From: Candidatus Woesearchaeota archaeon
GTDB lineage: Archaea > Nanobdellota > Nanobdellia > Woesearchaeales > JACJVV01
Assembly: GCA_020637495.1 (NCBI GenBank)
Contig: JACJVV010000003.1
Coordinates: 14,127 to 78,126 of the forward strand
Length of the DNA: 64,000 nt
Direction: 5' to 3'
Below are positions 53,437 to 61,256 of the stretch, one piece after another; the first letter of the stretch is position 1; every line of letters begins with the position of its first letter. The notes beneath the pieces are model-generated. The model was not told where the DNA came from, ran no database searches, and worked only from the letters and a program-made list of their open reading frames with translations. Position numbers and translations under genes: made by a program.

Positions 53437-53913
53437 TCATTGCTCCTCTACAATCTTATCAAGAAAGGCCAGTACATCTTTAGCATGATCCTTCACTTTT
53501 ACATTCTCCCATACATTCACTATATATCCTTCGGGATCGATAAGGAATGTCGTACGCAATGTGCCCATGTGTTCTTTACCCATGAAACTCTTCTTTCCCC
53601 ATGTACCATACTTCTTATGAGCTTCTTTCTTATCGTCTGACAGGAGGAGGATATTTAATTTCTGGTCTGACATGAATTTCTGGTGACAGCTGCATGAATC
53701 TGTGCTTATTCCGATTATGACTGCATTATTCTCCTGGAACTTCTTCTTGAGCCTTGTGAAATCCTGAGCCTCAATAGTGCACCCAGGAGTATTATCCCTA
53801 GGATAGAAATAAAGGACTACATATTCACCTTTGAAGGATGAGAGCCGGACTGGTACATCATCCGGACATCCTAAAGTGAATTGAGGTGCTTTTTTATTCA
53901 GTAATTTATGCAT
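53437..53913 (-). CDS. bcp: peroxiredoxin, Bcp (PrxQ) type
   Basis: VVLYFYPRDNTPGCTIEA carries the peroxidatic Cys in the PxxxTxxC context. 158 aa with a thioredoxin fold. Confidence 0.9.
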   Translation of the reverse strand: MHKLLNKKAPQFTLGCPDDVPVRLSSFKGEYVVLYFYPRDNTPGCTIEAQDFTRLKKKFQENNAVIIGISTDSCSCHQKFMSDQKLNILLLSDDKKEAHKKYGTWGKKSFMGKEHMGTLRTTFLIDPEGYIVNVWENVKVKDHAKDVLAFLDKIVEEQ

Positions 53914-54287
53914 AGTTTTAATTTAGCCGATTGCTTTTTATATGTTGTGAAAGTTAGATTCAGATGTTGAGTGTGAAGAAAATCTATTTGCCAAAGGTGA
54001 TACATCATGATCAATTCTTAGCATAACAAATCTATGAAGCATTAGCATTGGACATGTTCTCATAAGAATATTTAATGATATATCCTGAAACATATATATG
54101 AGGCTCACTTACATTACAACCATATATGATAAGCCGATTGTAATCACTATAGATGGCTTAGAATCACTTATTCAGACTACTTTAACAGAACACCAACTTC
54201 GTAAGAAATTCAGTAGGATAGAGTTTGAGATGAGACTAAAATAGAAAGGTATAATTTTGGATATATGATACAAAAATCGAGTTTGAA

Positions 54288-54339
54288 ATAGAAAATGTGG
54301 AGAGTAGGCACAGAACAGAGTTCTTACCTACTTCCACAC
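54288..54339 (-). repeat. duplicate of the tRNA-Leu(UAG) 3' end plus trailer, folded into an acceptor/T-stem-like hairpin
   Basis: ATAGAAAATGTGGAGAGTAGG (54288-54308) is identical to 54382-54402, the last 13 nt of the tRNA plus 8 nt of trailer. GTGGAGAGTAGG (54297-54308) pairs with CCTACTTCCACA (54327-54338) across an 18-nt loop that itself contains AGAAC/GTTCT. Confidence 0.6.
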
Positions 54340-54389
54340 TAATAGTAATATATGAAAAGCTTCCAAGCTTTGAGTAGAAAAATAGAAAA

Positions 54390-54496
54390 TGTGGAGAGTA
54401 GGATTCGAACCCACGTAAGCACTAAGCTACTAGGTCTCTTCGACAAATCTCTTTGTCTCCTAAGCCTAGCCCGTTTGACCACTCCGGCATCTCCAC
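54390..54496 (-). tRNA. tRNA-Leu (anticodon UAG) with a 23-nt canonical (37/38) intron
   Basis: My hand fold gives acceptor GTGGAGA/TCTCCAC and a D arm like that of the GAG isoacceptor. The anticodon stem is CTAGG/CCTAG with loop CTTAGG|intron|A. The intron spans 54436-54458 and contains GACAAA-GAGA-TTTGTC. It also has a long variable arm, T arm GTGGG-TTCGAAT-CCTAC, and discriminator A. Confidence 0.88.
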
Positions 54497-54645
54497 ATAA
54501 GATGCTGAGACTTTAAATTTGTTTTATGACTCAACAATAGATTTGAGGATTTTATCTCATTTATAAACCTTTACCTATATCCCATAGCAACTATCAAGAG
54601 ACAAAAAACATAAGATATTTAAAGAGAGGACACTGAAATATATGC

Positions 54646-56148
54646 ATGATAGAAGGGGTGTACGTTGATCTAATCCAGATACTGTATGTTATGCTAATAT
54701 TAGTCCTGGGTTTCATACTTGCAAACCTATCTACAAGGATCCTAATAAAAGTATATAGGAAACAGAAACTCAAAAGACTCAATGATGAGAATGTGATAAT
54801 AGCTGTCGCACATAAATCGATAGTAATATCTTCCATCATCATCGCATTGCTCTATCTTGGATTCACTACGCTTGATGTATTCTTTGTTTCATTCATAGTC
54901 CTGCTTCCTACCATAATAATAGTGCTTTTGCTATTGGCTTTAGGAGTATACACTATAAATTTTGTCACATGGATAATAAGAGTATTCATCAACTCAACAC
55001 AGGTGGGTGAATATATAGAGGAAGAGACACATGTGAATCTAGTCAATCTATTCATACTTGTCGTGCAGATAGTACTGTATTTACTGCTCTTCGAGCTTAT
55101 TGTGTCCTATGTTGAACTAGAGTTCTTCCATAATATACTCAATTACATCCTATATCCAGTAGTAGGACTATTGTTCCTTATCGTTTTTGTAGGTGCATTC
55201 AATCCTGTCAGGGATTATACTGCAAGCTTCTATCTGAAGAATTCATACAAATTCAAGCCTGGAAATATAGTAAGATTTGAGAAAAGACAGCTAGAGATAG
55301 TGAAGATAACAAATCTAACAACAGAGCTGAAAACAAAGGAAGGTTTCGTTGCTGTCATACCTAATAGGGTGCTGAGCAGCAAAGAGCTTACAGTAGAGAA
55401 ACCGAGCATTGAGATGGAGACATTAGAAAGCTTGAAGAAACATTTTGTGCCTCAACTCAAAAGCCATTGCGGACCAGCATGTGCTACGATGGCTTTAGCA
55501 ATGTTCAAGATCGATGCAAACCAAGAAGATCTAGGAAAGCTTATGGGTACAATCACAAGATACAGCAAGAAACAGAAGATTGCTGGAACACATCCAGATC
55601 ATCTGATATCAGCGATCACAAAATATACCAAAGAGAGAGTCATAGGGGCTTGGGTTGATTATGACCATATATATGATCTTGAGAAGGAAGTTGCAAGATG
55701 GCTTGCTAATGGTGCATTGATCATTGTCGATTACAAGAAGAAATATCTTTTCCCTGAGGCAAAGACTGCACATTATTCATTGGTTGTTGGGGTAAAAGGA
55801 GACCAATTCCTTATCGTAGATCCATCACAGAAATCTGGTGGCGTATATTTCACAGATTACAGAGACATAGAGGTTGGAATGGATACATATAGTGAACTCA
55901 TCAAAGGGAAGAGAGGATATATCGTCATAGCTCCGAAAGGTAGTGGTGCTTTCAAGCGGATAAGCGAGGGTTTGATATACTTCCATCCAAGCATGTACAA
56001 GAGAATAACAAAAGAATTGACTAGAAAATTGAACAAGATGACAAATTCTGTCTCACTCTATGAGACAGTCCCTAGCTTCATAAAGAAATATCTCAAAGAA
56101 TACAAGCGTGCACAAATTCAGCGCGTCTGGAGACCTGAACATAAGTGA
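54646..56148 (+). CDS. fusion protein: MscS-like mechanosensitive-channel membrane/beta domain + C-terminal C39-like cysteine peptidase domain
   Basis: About 5 TM helices are followed by FKPGNIVRFEKRQLEIVKITNLTTELKTKEGFVAVIPNRVLSS (MscS beta-domain pattern GD-x-V...G-x-V-x-I...T...iPN). The C-terminus has SHCGPACATMALAMFKID (catalytic Cys context) and AHYSLVVGVKGDQFLIVDP (His context). Confidence 0.6.
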   Translation: MIEGVYVDLIQILYVMLILVLGFILANLSTRILIKVYRKQKLKRLNDENVIIAVAHKSIVISSIIIALLYLGFTTLDVFFVSFIVLLPTIIIVLLLLALGVYTINFVTWIIRVFINSTQVGEYIEEETHVNLVNLFILVVQIVLYLLLFELIVSYVELEFFHNILNYILYPVVGLLFLIVFVGAFNPVRDYTASFYLKNSYKFKPGNIVRFEKRQLEIVKITNLTTELKTKEGFVAVIPNRVLSSKELTVEKPSIEMETLESLKKHFVPQLKSHCGPACATMALAMFKIDANQEDLGKLMGTITRYSKKQKIAGTHPDHLISAITKYTKERVIGAWVDYDHIYDLEKEVARWLANGALIIVDYKKKYLFPEAKTAHYSLVVGVKGDQFLIVDPSQKSGGVYFTDYRDIEVGMDTYSELIKGKRGYIVIAPKGSGAFKRISEGLIYFHPSMYKRITKELTRKLNKMTNSVSLYETVPSFIKKYLKEYKRAQIQRVWRPEHK

Positions 56149-56471
56149 TAAGCTTTCTGGATCCCTCTATAAGGCAATTCAAGCAACATTGAACCGCAAT
56201 ATCTCTGACCAAGAGTTGAAGCATTGCCTGTGACATTCAATCTGCATAATCCATCCAATGCTAAAACAAGCCCTGCAGGATCCATATGCACTGCTGCAAA
56301 TAATCCTGCACCTATCTCAATGGCAGCTGAAGAATTGACTGCAAAATTAGGATCATAACCTGGAATCTTCTTTTCAAGATAATCCTGACCTGGTAAGAGA
56401 CCCATGACAACCTCAGATGAGACTCTCAAGACAGCCTCACCTATGTCCCTTGCTGCTCTTAATCTGCTCAT
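56118..56471 (-). CDS. hypothetical protein
   Basis: 117-aa ORF, Ala/Gly/Leu-rich. Its 3' end overlaps the convergent gene by 31 nt. No family recognised. Confidence 0.4.
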   Translation of the reverse strand: MSRLRAARDIGEAVLRVSSEVVMGLLPGQDYLEKKIPGYDPNFAVNSSAAIEIGAGLFAAVHMDPAGLVLALDGLCRLNVTGNASTLGQRYCGSMLLELPYRGIQKAYHLCSGLQTR

Positions 56472-56575
56472 GATTGATAGGATGAAGATGAGATTTAAAA
56501 ATATTTAGAGTTAAGAAGATAATCATCCATAATTAATTTATAATTATAAATAAATAATAGAAATAAGGAAAGAAA

Positions 56576-56743
56576 TTAATCTTTCTTCTGCCATGCGTAT
56601 GATCGCATCCTAGGAGATGCACCATAACCACAACTGGAACACTTCTTCTTTCTCATGTGATATGTTCTTTTTCCACATCTTCTGCAAGCTATCATGTTTG
56701 TCTTGCCAGATTTCTTTCCGTGTGCTGCTGTTCCTTTTGTCAT
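56576..56743 (-). CDS. rpl37e: 50S ribosomal protein L37e (below ORF-track cutoff)
   Basis: My own translation gives MTKGTAAHGKKSGKTNMIACRRCGKRTYHMRKKKCSSCGYGASPRMRSYAWQKKD. It has the MTKGT start and a CRRCG...C-x2-CG zinc ribbon. It sits directly downstream of the Sm gene, as in many archaea. Confidence 0.9.
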   Translation of the reverse strand: MTKGTAAHGKKSGKTNMIACRRCGKRTYHMRKKKCSSCGYGASPRMRSYAWQKKD

Positions 56744-56753
56744 GTTACATCAC

Positions 56754-56978
56754 TTACGCTGGTGAAATGAATATGATTGTGTCTCCTCTTATGAAAACAG
56801 TACCAAGCTTCCTTTTTACTGCGCCATCAACATATTCTTCAGCATCTTTCAATACTGCGTTTATGTGTATGTCAAAAGCCTCAAGGCTTCCCTGGAATTG
56901 CTTGCCGTTCTTGAGCTCAACAATTACTCTTTTATGTCTTGCATTGTTCAATGCATCTAAAGGTCTAGATTGTTCCAT
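56754..56978 (-). CDS. Sm-like archaeal protein (LSm/SmAP)
   Basis: 74 aa. Sm1 is VIVELKNGKQFQGSLEAFDIHINAVL and Sm2 is VFIRGDTIIFISP. Confidence 0.9.
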   Translation of the reverse strand: MEQSRPLDALNNARHKRVIVELKNGKQFQGSLEAFDIHINAVLKDAEEYVDGAVKRKLGTVFIRGDTIIFISPA

Positions 56979-57098
56979 TTTAGTTTACCTCACAAAAATG
57001 CGAATATAGGCTGTGAAAGCCGGTTGGTTTATAAATGTTACTGAATGAGATGATTTAATATAAAGACGAAAGTATGGCAGATTGAATAGTAATATCAG

Positions 57099-57725
57099 TC
57101 AGTTTTTAGCTTGATTCTTACCCCATTCAACTATCAATGCATGATACTCATTGTAGAGCTTGTAATCCTTTGGGAGATTCTCTTGAAACAATGATTTAAG
57201 CATATCATAAGATTCATCTCCTTTTATTATCCTTTCATGAAGAAGCAAACTTTTTGTGTATGCATCGATAACAAACTCAGGCTTTTTGTAGGCATAAAGC
57301 AAGATACTGTCTGCAGTCTCTGGACCGATGCCCCATATCTCTAGAAGCTCTTCGCGCTTAGGCACATCATGATCGTTGTCATCTGTGCCATGGCTCAGAA
57401 AAAACCATGCGAACTCTTTGAGCTTCTTTGCCTTCTGATTGAAATATCCTGAAGGTTTTATCAATTCTCCAATCCTTTCTTCCTTGGCTATGCTCATATT
57501 GTGAGGATCTAGAAGCCCTTTCTTCCTTAAATTATCTAAAGCCTTGACCACATTGATCCATGAAGTATTCTGCGTGAGTATTGCTCCGACACATATCTCA
57601 AACCTCTCAAGATTATTATTCGGATAATCGTAATTGCCTGGACGATATTTATTATTGATAGGCCACCATCCTTGTCTTCCATACTTCTTTATAAGCGAAT
57701 CATATAATTCCTGAAGCTTCTCCAT
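57099..57725 (-). CDS. endonuclease III-related HhH-GPD protein (no Fe-S cluster loop visible)
   Basis: FEICVGAILTQNTSWINVVKAL and the HhH motif LLEIWGIGPETADSILLYA, with VIDAY following. No C-terminal Cys cluster. Confidence 0.75.
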   Translation of the reverse strand: MEKLQELYDSLIKKYGRQGWWPINNKYRPGNYDYPNNNLERFEICVGAILTQNTSWINVVKALDNLRKKGLLDPHNMSIAKEERIGELIKPSGYFNQKAKKLKEFAWFFLSHGTDDNDHDVPKREELLEIWGIGPETADSILLYAYKKPEFVIDAYTKSLLLHERIIKGDESYDMLKSLFQENLPKDYKLYNEYHALIVEWGKNQAKN

Positions 57726-57766
57726 AACACATCTAGAGTGATGATTTTTAAAAAACTATCTAGATT

Positions 57767-58708
57767 TCAAAGCCAGTTCTTCTTGTAGAATATACTGAAC
57801 ATTGATGCAAGAAGAGCGATCAAGAATACTACAAAGAAATAGAAACCATAAGGATGATCAGTTAGAGGTATGTTGATGAAATTTGTGTCAAATACTGCTG
57901 CAAACAATACAGGTATTGACAAGCACACAGTTATAGCTGTCAATGTCTTCATTATCTTGTTAAGGCTGTTAGATATGTTTGAGAGACGGATATTGAACAT
58001 ATCGGTGACACGTTCACGCATGCTCATTATTATGTGCATCTGATGCTGCAATGTATGATAGATATCATCCAGGTTCAGTTTCCTGTCTTTAGGCATCTTC
58101 TGGTATAAAGTGCTCTGCTTAATGAAATACAACAGCTGGTTCGTCTTCCATATATTAGTATTGACTAAATGCAATTGTCTTTTCAACTTTAGCAGTATGC
58201 CTACATCTACAGATCTGTTGTCTATCAATGTATCCTCAATATTGCTGATCTCCTGATCTATACTGTTCAATATCTCATAATCCTGCTCTGTATTGAACTC
58301 TAGAAAATCTGTAAGGATATAATCAATATTCCTCAAATTCTTCTTAGAGTCAAGTTCACTTTTGATACGATTCAGATAAGGCCTGTAAGCATTCTCAGAC
58401 GAAATGAGAATAAGTGCATTCTTTGCTACTATTATCACACTTCCTAAAGTGTTTATCTTCCCATCCTTCAGCTGCTCATCCACATAATAGAACTGCAAAG
58501 GATCAAGAGATATAAGTTCAGATATGCTACTTTTTTTGTACTTTGACAGTATATCCTTGTGGAAGTTGAATCTTTTAGACAGTGCAGTCAATTCATCTTG
58601 ACTTGGCCTTGATGCAAGGATGAAAAACTGCTGTTTGCTTGTCTTAGGAATCCCTTTTCCAAGTGAGGTACTTGACTTGGAGAACGAAATATTGTCTATC
58701 ATTAGCAC
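57767..58708 (-). CDS. corA: CorA-family divalent-cation channel with a non-canonical pore motif
   Basis: The C-terminal two TMs read MKTLTAITVCLSIPVLFAAVFDTNFINIPL...FVVFLIALLASMFSIFYKKNWL. This is the classic CorA layout, but the (Y)GMN(F) signature reads (F)DTN(F). Confidence 0.75.
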   Translation of the reverse strand: MLMIDNISFSKSSTSLGKGIPKTSKQQFFILASRPSQDELTALSKRFNFHKDILSKYKKSSISELISLDPLQFYYVDEQLKDGKINTLGSVIIVAKNALILISSENAYRPYLNRIKSELDSKKNLRNIDYILTDFLEFNTEQDYEILNSIDQEISNIEDTLIDNRSVDVGILLKLKRQLHLVNTNIWKTNQLLYFIKQSTLYQKMPKDRKLNLDDIYHTLQHQMHIIMSMRERVTDMFNIRLSNISNSLNKIMKTLTAITVCLSIPVLFAAVFDTNFINIPLTDHPYGFYFFVVFLIALLASMFSIFYKKNWL

Positions 58709-58782
58709 ATATTAACTTATACTGCTTATAAAATTAAGGTATTTCTTGCGAGTGATGAATCAATCTAAGATAGAAGTATATA

Positions 58783-59241
58783 CTAGGAGAAAATGCCACC
58801 AAACTTCTTATGGACATGGCTGTTCCACAACCTCTGGAATTGACTTGCATCAGGGAGTCTTATGGCTGTATTGTTCTGATTGAGGAATATCTTGAATACT
58901 ATCTTAAGCCAATGATACCTGTCCTTGAACCATGGCTGTTTCTCGTGCACAATTATCTTTATGTTCCCTATCTCAGTCTTGTTGAAACCTTTTCCTATAT
59001 TGAAATATAACACCCTGTCTTCACCAAGCTTCCTTTCCTTGGGATGTGGCCTGTAAGAACGATGAACTTGCTCGGAGAGGTGATGGAACATCACTTTCTT
59101 CACTATATCCTCTTCAAGAAGTTCCATGAAATGATCTTCAGTAAGATGGCGATCAGAAGCTTTCAATGTCCATCCTTTGAATTCTATACCTAAAGAAGTC
59201 CCATTTGCCCAAAGGATCCTCTTCTCACCATACATGCTCAT
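58783..59241 (-). CDS. hypothetical protein
   Basis: 152-aa ORF with no recognisable motif. Confidence 0.4.
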   Translation of the reverse strand: MSMYGEKRILWANGTSLGIEFKGWTLKASDRHLTEDHFMELLEEDIVKKVMFHHLSEQVHRSYRPHPKERKLGEDRVLYFNIGKGFNKTEIGNIKIIVHEKQPWFKDRYHWLKIVFKIFLNQNNTAIRLPDASQFQRLWNSHVHKKFGGIFS

Positions 59242-59282
59242 GTAATAGAATCAGGAAAAGATGTATTTATAATTTTGCCTTT

Positions 59283-59555
59283 TTATGAGGACTGCTTGAC
59301 TGCTTTCTGAAGATCATCAGGTGAGAATCCTATCAGCTGTATATTCTTAGTCTGGATAATGTCTTTAAGCCTCTGCGATACATGATCGAATGGAACACCC
59401 ATTAGTCCTTTCTCTATGTCCTCTATCGCATACTCTGGGTGAATGAAGAAATCCCCGCATAACTTTATCGTCAAGATATGATCATTCTTATGCATCAATT
59501 CTATCCTGAGAAGCTTCCCTCCCTCTACCTTATAATCAATATTTGCCTGTTTCAT
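59283..59555 (-). CDS. lipoate-protein ligase accessory C-terminal domain protein (LplA-C / LplB-like)
   Basis: 90 aa. KVEGGKLLRIELMHKNDHILTIKLCGDFFIHPEYAIEDIEKGL matches the LplA C-terminal domain pattern (...GDFF.hP). It is encoded separately downstream of the catalytic domain, as in Thermoplasma. Confidence 0.7.
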   Translation of the reverse strand: MKQANIDYKVEGGKLLRIELMHKNDHILTIKLCGDFFIHPEYAIEDIEKGLMGVPFDHVSQRLKDIIQTKNIQLIGFSPDDLQKAVKQSS

Positions 59556-59637
59556 TCTTAATTATTTTTCCTTAATTATTCTATTTTTTATCATTAAATA
59601 TCTAATTATTCTATTTAATTATTTTAATTAATAATTC

Positions 59638-60393
59638 TCATCTCTGCTTGTTCCATCTATCTGTTGCATACTTCTCTTTGCATATCTGCAGTGCAGTATC
59701 TTCCTCAAAGAACTCTGACTGTTCAAACTCGACATCAAATGTCTCCTCGAATCCTTCTGTCAATGCTTCTGCTAATCTTTCATAGGATATCTCCTTCCCC
59801 ATATGCTTTATGCTAGTTACCCTGTCTTTTGCCGCAGATATCATCTTATCCCTTATCTTCTCGTCTGGGACTTTAAGTACTGAGAACATCTTCTCAATAT
59901 CAACATCCATAAGTATAGTGCCATGCTGCAAAACTATGCCTCCAAACCTAGTCTGTGCATTGCCGGAGATCTTCTTCCCATCAACAACAATGTCATTTAT
60001 CGGCTTGAATTCAGAATCGATCCCTAGCTTTTTCAGACCAAGAATGATCGCTCCACATATCTTCTCATAAGATTTTATTATGTCTTTTGGAAGATCATCT
60101 TCTGACAATACAATAGAATATGTCAATTCATGCTCGTGGAGAACTGCACCTCCTCCTGTATAGCGGCGGATTATGTCAATACCTAGATCTTCAGCTTTCT
60201 TGACATCAACTTCTTTTTCCAATGATTGGAAGTAACCGATAGTCACTGCGGGAGGCTTCCATCTGTAGAAACGTAATGTGTTAGGAATGATGTTCTTCAT
60301 CCTGCTTATCGCAATGGTCTCATCTATCGCCATCTGCATCGCTCCATTCGTCTCAATGTTGCCTAGCAGACGCCATTTCTCCTGCATGATCAT
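59638..60393 (-). CDS. lplA: lipoate-protein ligase A, catalytic domain
   Basis: LRFYRWKPPAVTIGYFQ, IIRRYTGGGAVLHE and GKKISGNAQTRFGGIVLQHGTIL (lipoyl-AMP binding Lys context). Confidence 0.88.
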   Translation of the reverse strand: MIMQEKWRLLGNIETNGAMQMAIDETIAISRMKNIIPNTLRFYRWKPPAVTIGYFQSLEKEVDVKKAEDLGIDIIRRYTGGGAVLHEHELTYSIVLSEDDLPKDIIKSYEKICGAIILGLKKLGIDSEFKPINDIVVDGKKISGNAQTRFGGIVLQHGTILMDVDIEKMFSVLKVPDEKIRDKMISAAKDRVTSIKHMGKEISYERLAEALTEGFEETFDVEFEQSEFFEEDTALQICKEKYATDRWNKQR

Positions 60394-61256
60394 TCTCCGT
60401 GGAGCTCTCTTGCACGATAAGAGCTTCTCACAAGTCTTCCAGACGCTGCATTCTTGAAACCCAGATCAAGAGCAATATCTTTCAGTTCCTCAAATTCTTC
60501 ATCCGAATATTCTTTGACTACATCTGCATGATCATCTGAAGGCTGCATATATTGCCCTATCGTCACAATATCAACATCAACCTTACGAAGATCCTTGAGT
60601 GTCTTGATTATGTCTTCCTTTGATTCACCAAGACCAACCATAAGACCTGATTTTGTAAGCATTATAGGATCGGTTCGTTTCACTTCTTTAAGGAGCATCA
60701 ACGATAGGTCATAATCGCCAGATGGCCTGACTTTAGGAAAGATATCCCTTGTCACCTCAATATTATGATTAAGGACATCAGGCTTTGCATCTATAATCGT
60801 CTTCAAGGCTGCAATATTCCCTCTCAAGTCGCTGATAAGGACTTCAACCTTGCATCCTTGCTTCTTGACCTCTTCAATAACCTTGACAAAGTGTGATGCA
60901 CCACCATCACCAAGATCATCCCTTGTGACACAAGTTATCACTACGTATTTCAATCCTAGTTCTTTTATTGCGTCTGCTATACGTCTTGGTTCATTCTCAT
61001 CAAGAATCTGAGGCTTGCCATGCTTAACATTGCAATAGAGACAATTCCTTGTGCATGTGTCGCCCATTATCATGAAGGTGGCAGTCTTCGCTGAGAAACA
61101 TTCGTAGCGGTTAGGACAGTTCGCTTCCATGCAGACAGTTGTTAACTTATTCTCTGTAAGAAGCGATAAAGTAGCAAGATACTGATGACGATCGATCCTT
61201 TTCTTTGCATCGCTTGGGATTGGCCGGATGCTTCCATCACTATTTCTTCCTTGCAT
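60390..61256 (-). CDS. lipA: lipoyl synthase
   Basis: Auxiliary cluster CMEANCPNRYEC (CX4CX5C) and radical-SAM cluster CTRNCLYC (CX3CX2C). Also VVITCVTRDDLGDGGA. Confidence 0.95.
   Translation of the reverse strand: MQGRNSDGSIRPIPSDAKKRIDRHQYLATLSLLTENKLTTVCMEANCPNRYECFSAKTATFMIMGDTCTRNCLYCNVKHGKPQILDENEPRRIADAIKELGLKYVVITCVTRDDLGDGGASHFVKVIEEVKKQGCKVEVLISDLRGNIAALKTIIDAKPDVLNHNIEVTRDIFPKVRPSGDYDLSLMLLKEVKRTDPIMLTKSGLMVGLGESKEDIIKTLKDLRKVDVDIVTIGQYMQPSDDHADVVKEYSDEEFEELKDIALDLGFKNAASGRLVRSSYRARELHGE

Noticed and set aside
54098-54244. 48-aa ORF (MRLTYITTIYDKPIVITIDGLESLIQTTLTEHQLRKKFSRIEFEMRLK) in the gap between bcp and tRNA-Leu
   Set aside because: No RBS, no recognisable motif, and no way to test conservation here. 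It could be real, but the support is insufficient.
41453-54496. Possibility that the 13 kb between the two co-oriented tRNA-Leu genes is an integrated mobile element
   Set aside because: No integrase, transposase, plasmid or viral hallmark gene is recognisable in the interval. It contains housekeeping-type genes (DEAD-box helicase, Bcp, RND exporter). The two tRNAs are different isoacceptors rather than att-style partial copies.
56617-57009. 130-aa plus-strand ORF spanning the L37e and Sm genes
   Set aside because: The opposite strand encodes two unmistakable conserved proteins (L37e, Sm). The plus-strand product is hydrophobic junk.
59573-59616. AT-rich direct repeats (TAATTATTCTATTT x2 here; AAGAAATATT x2.5 at 33651-33680; TTGAATAGAAA x2 at 34919-34940; TTATATGCAGACTAAG x2 at 7212-7241), considered as CRISPR or minisatellite
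   Set aside because: There are only two or three short copies each, with no spacer architecture and no cas genes. The composition is typical of AT-rich intergenic DNA. Most likely slippage products or chance.
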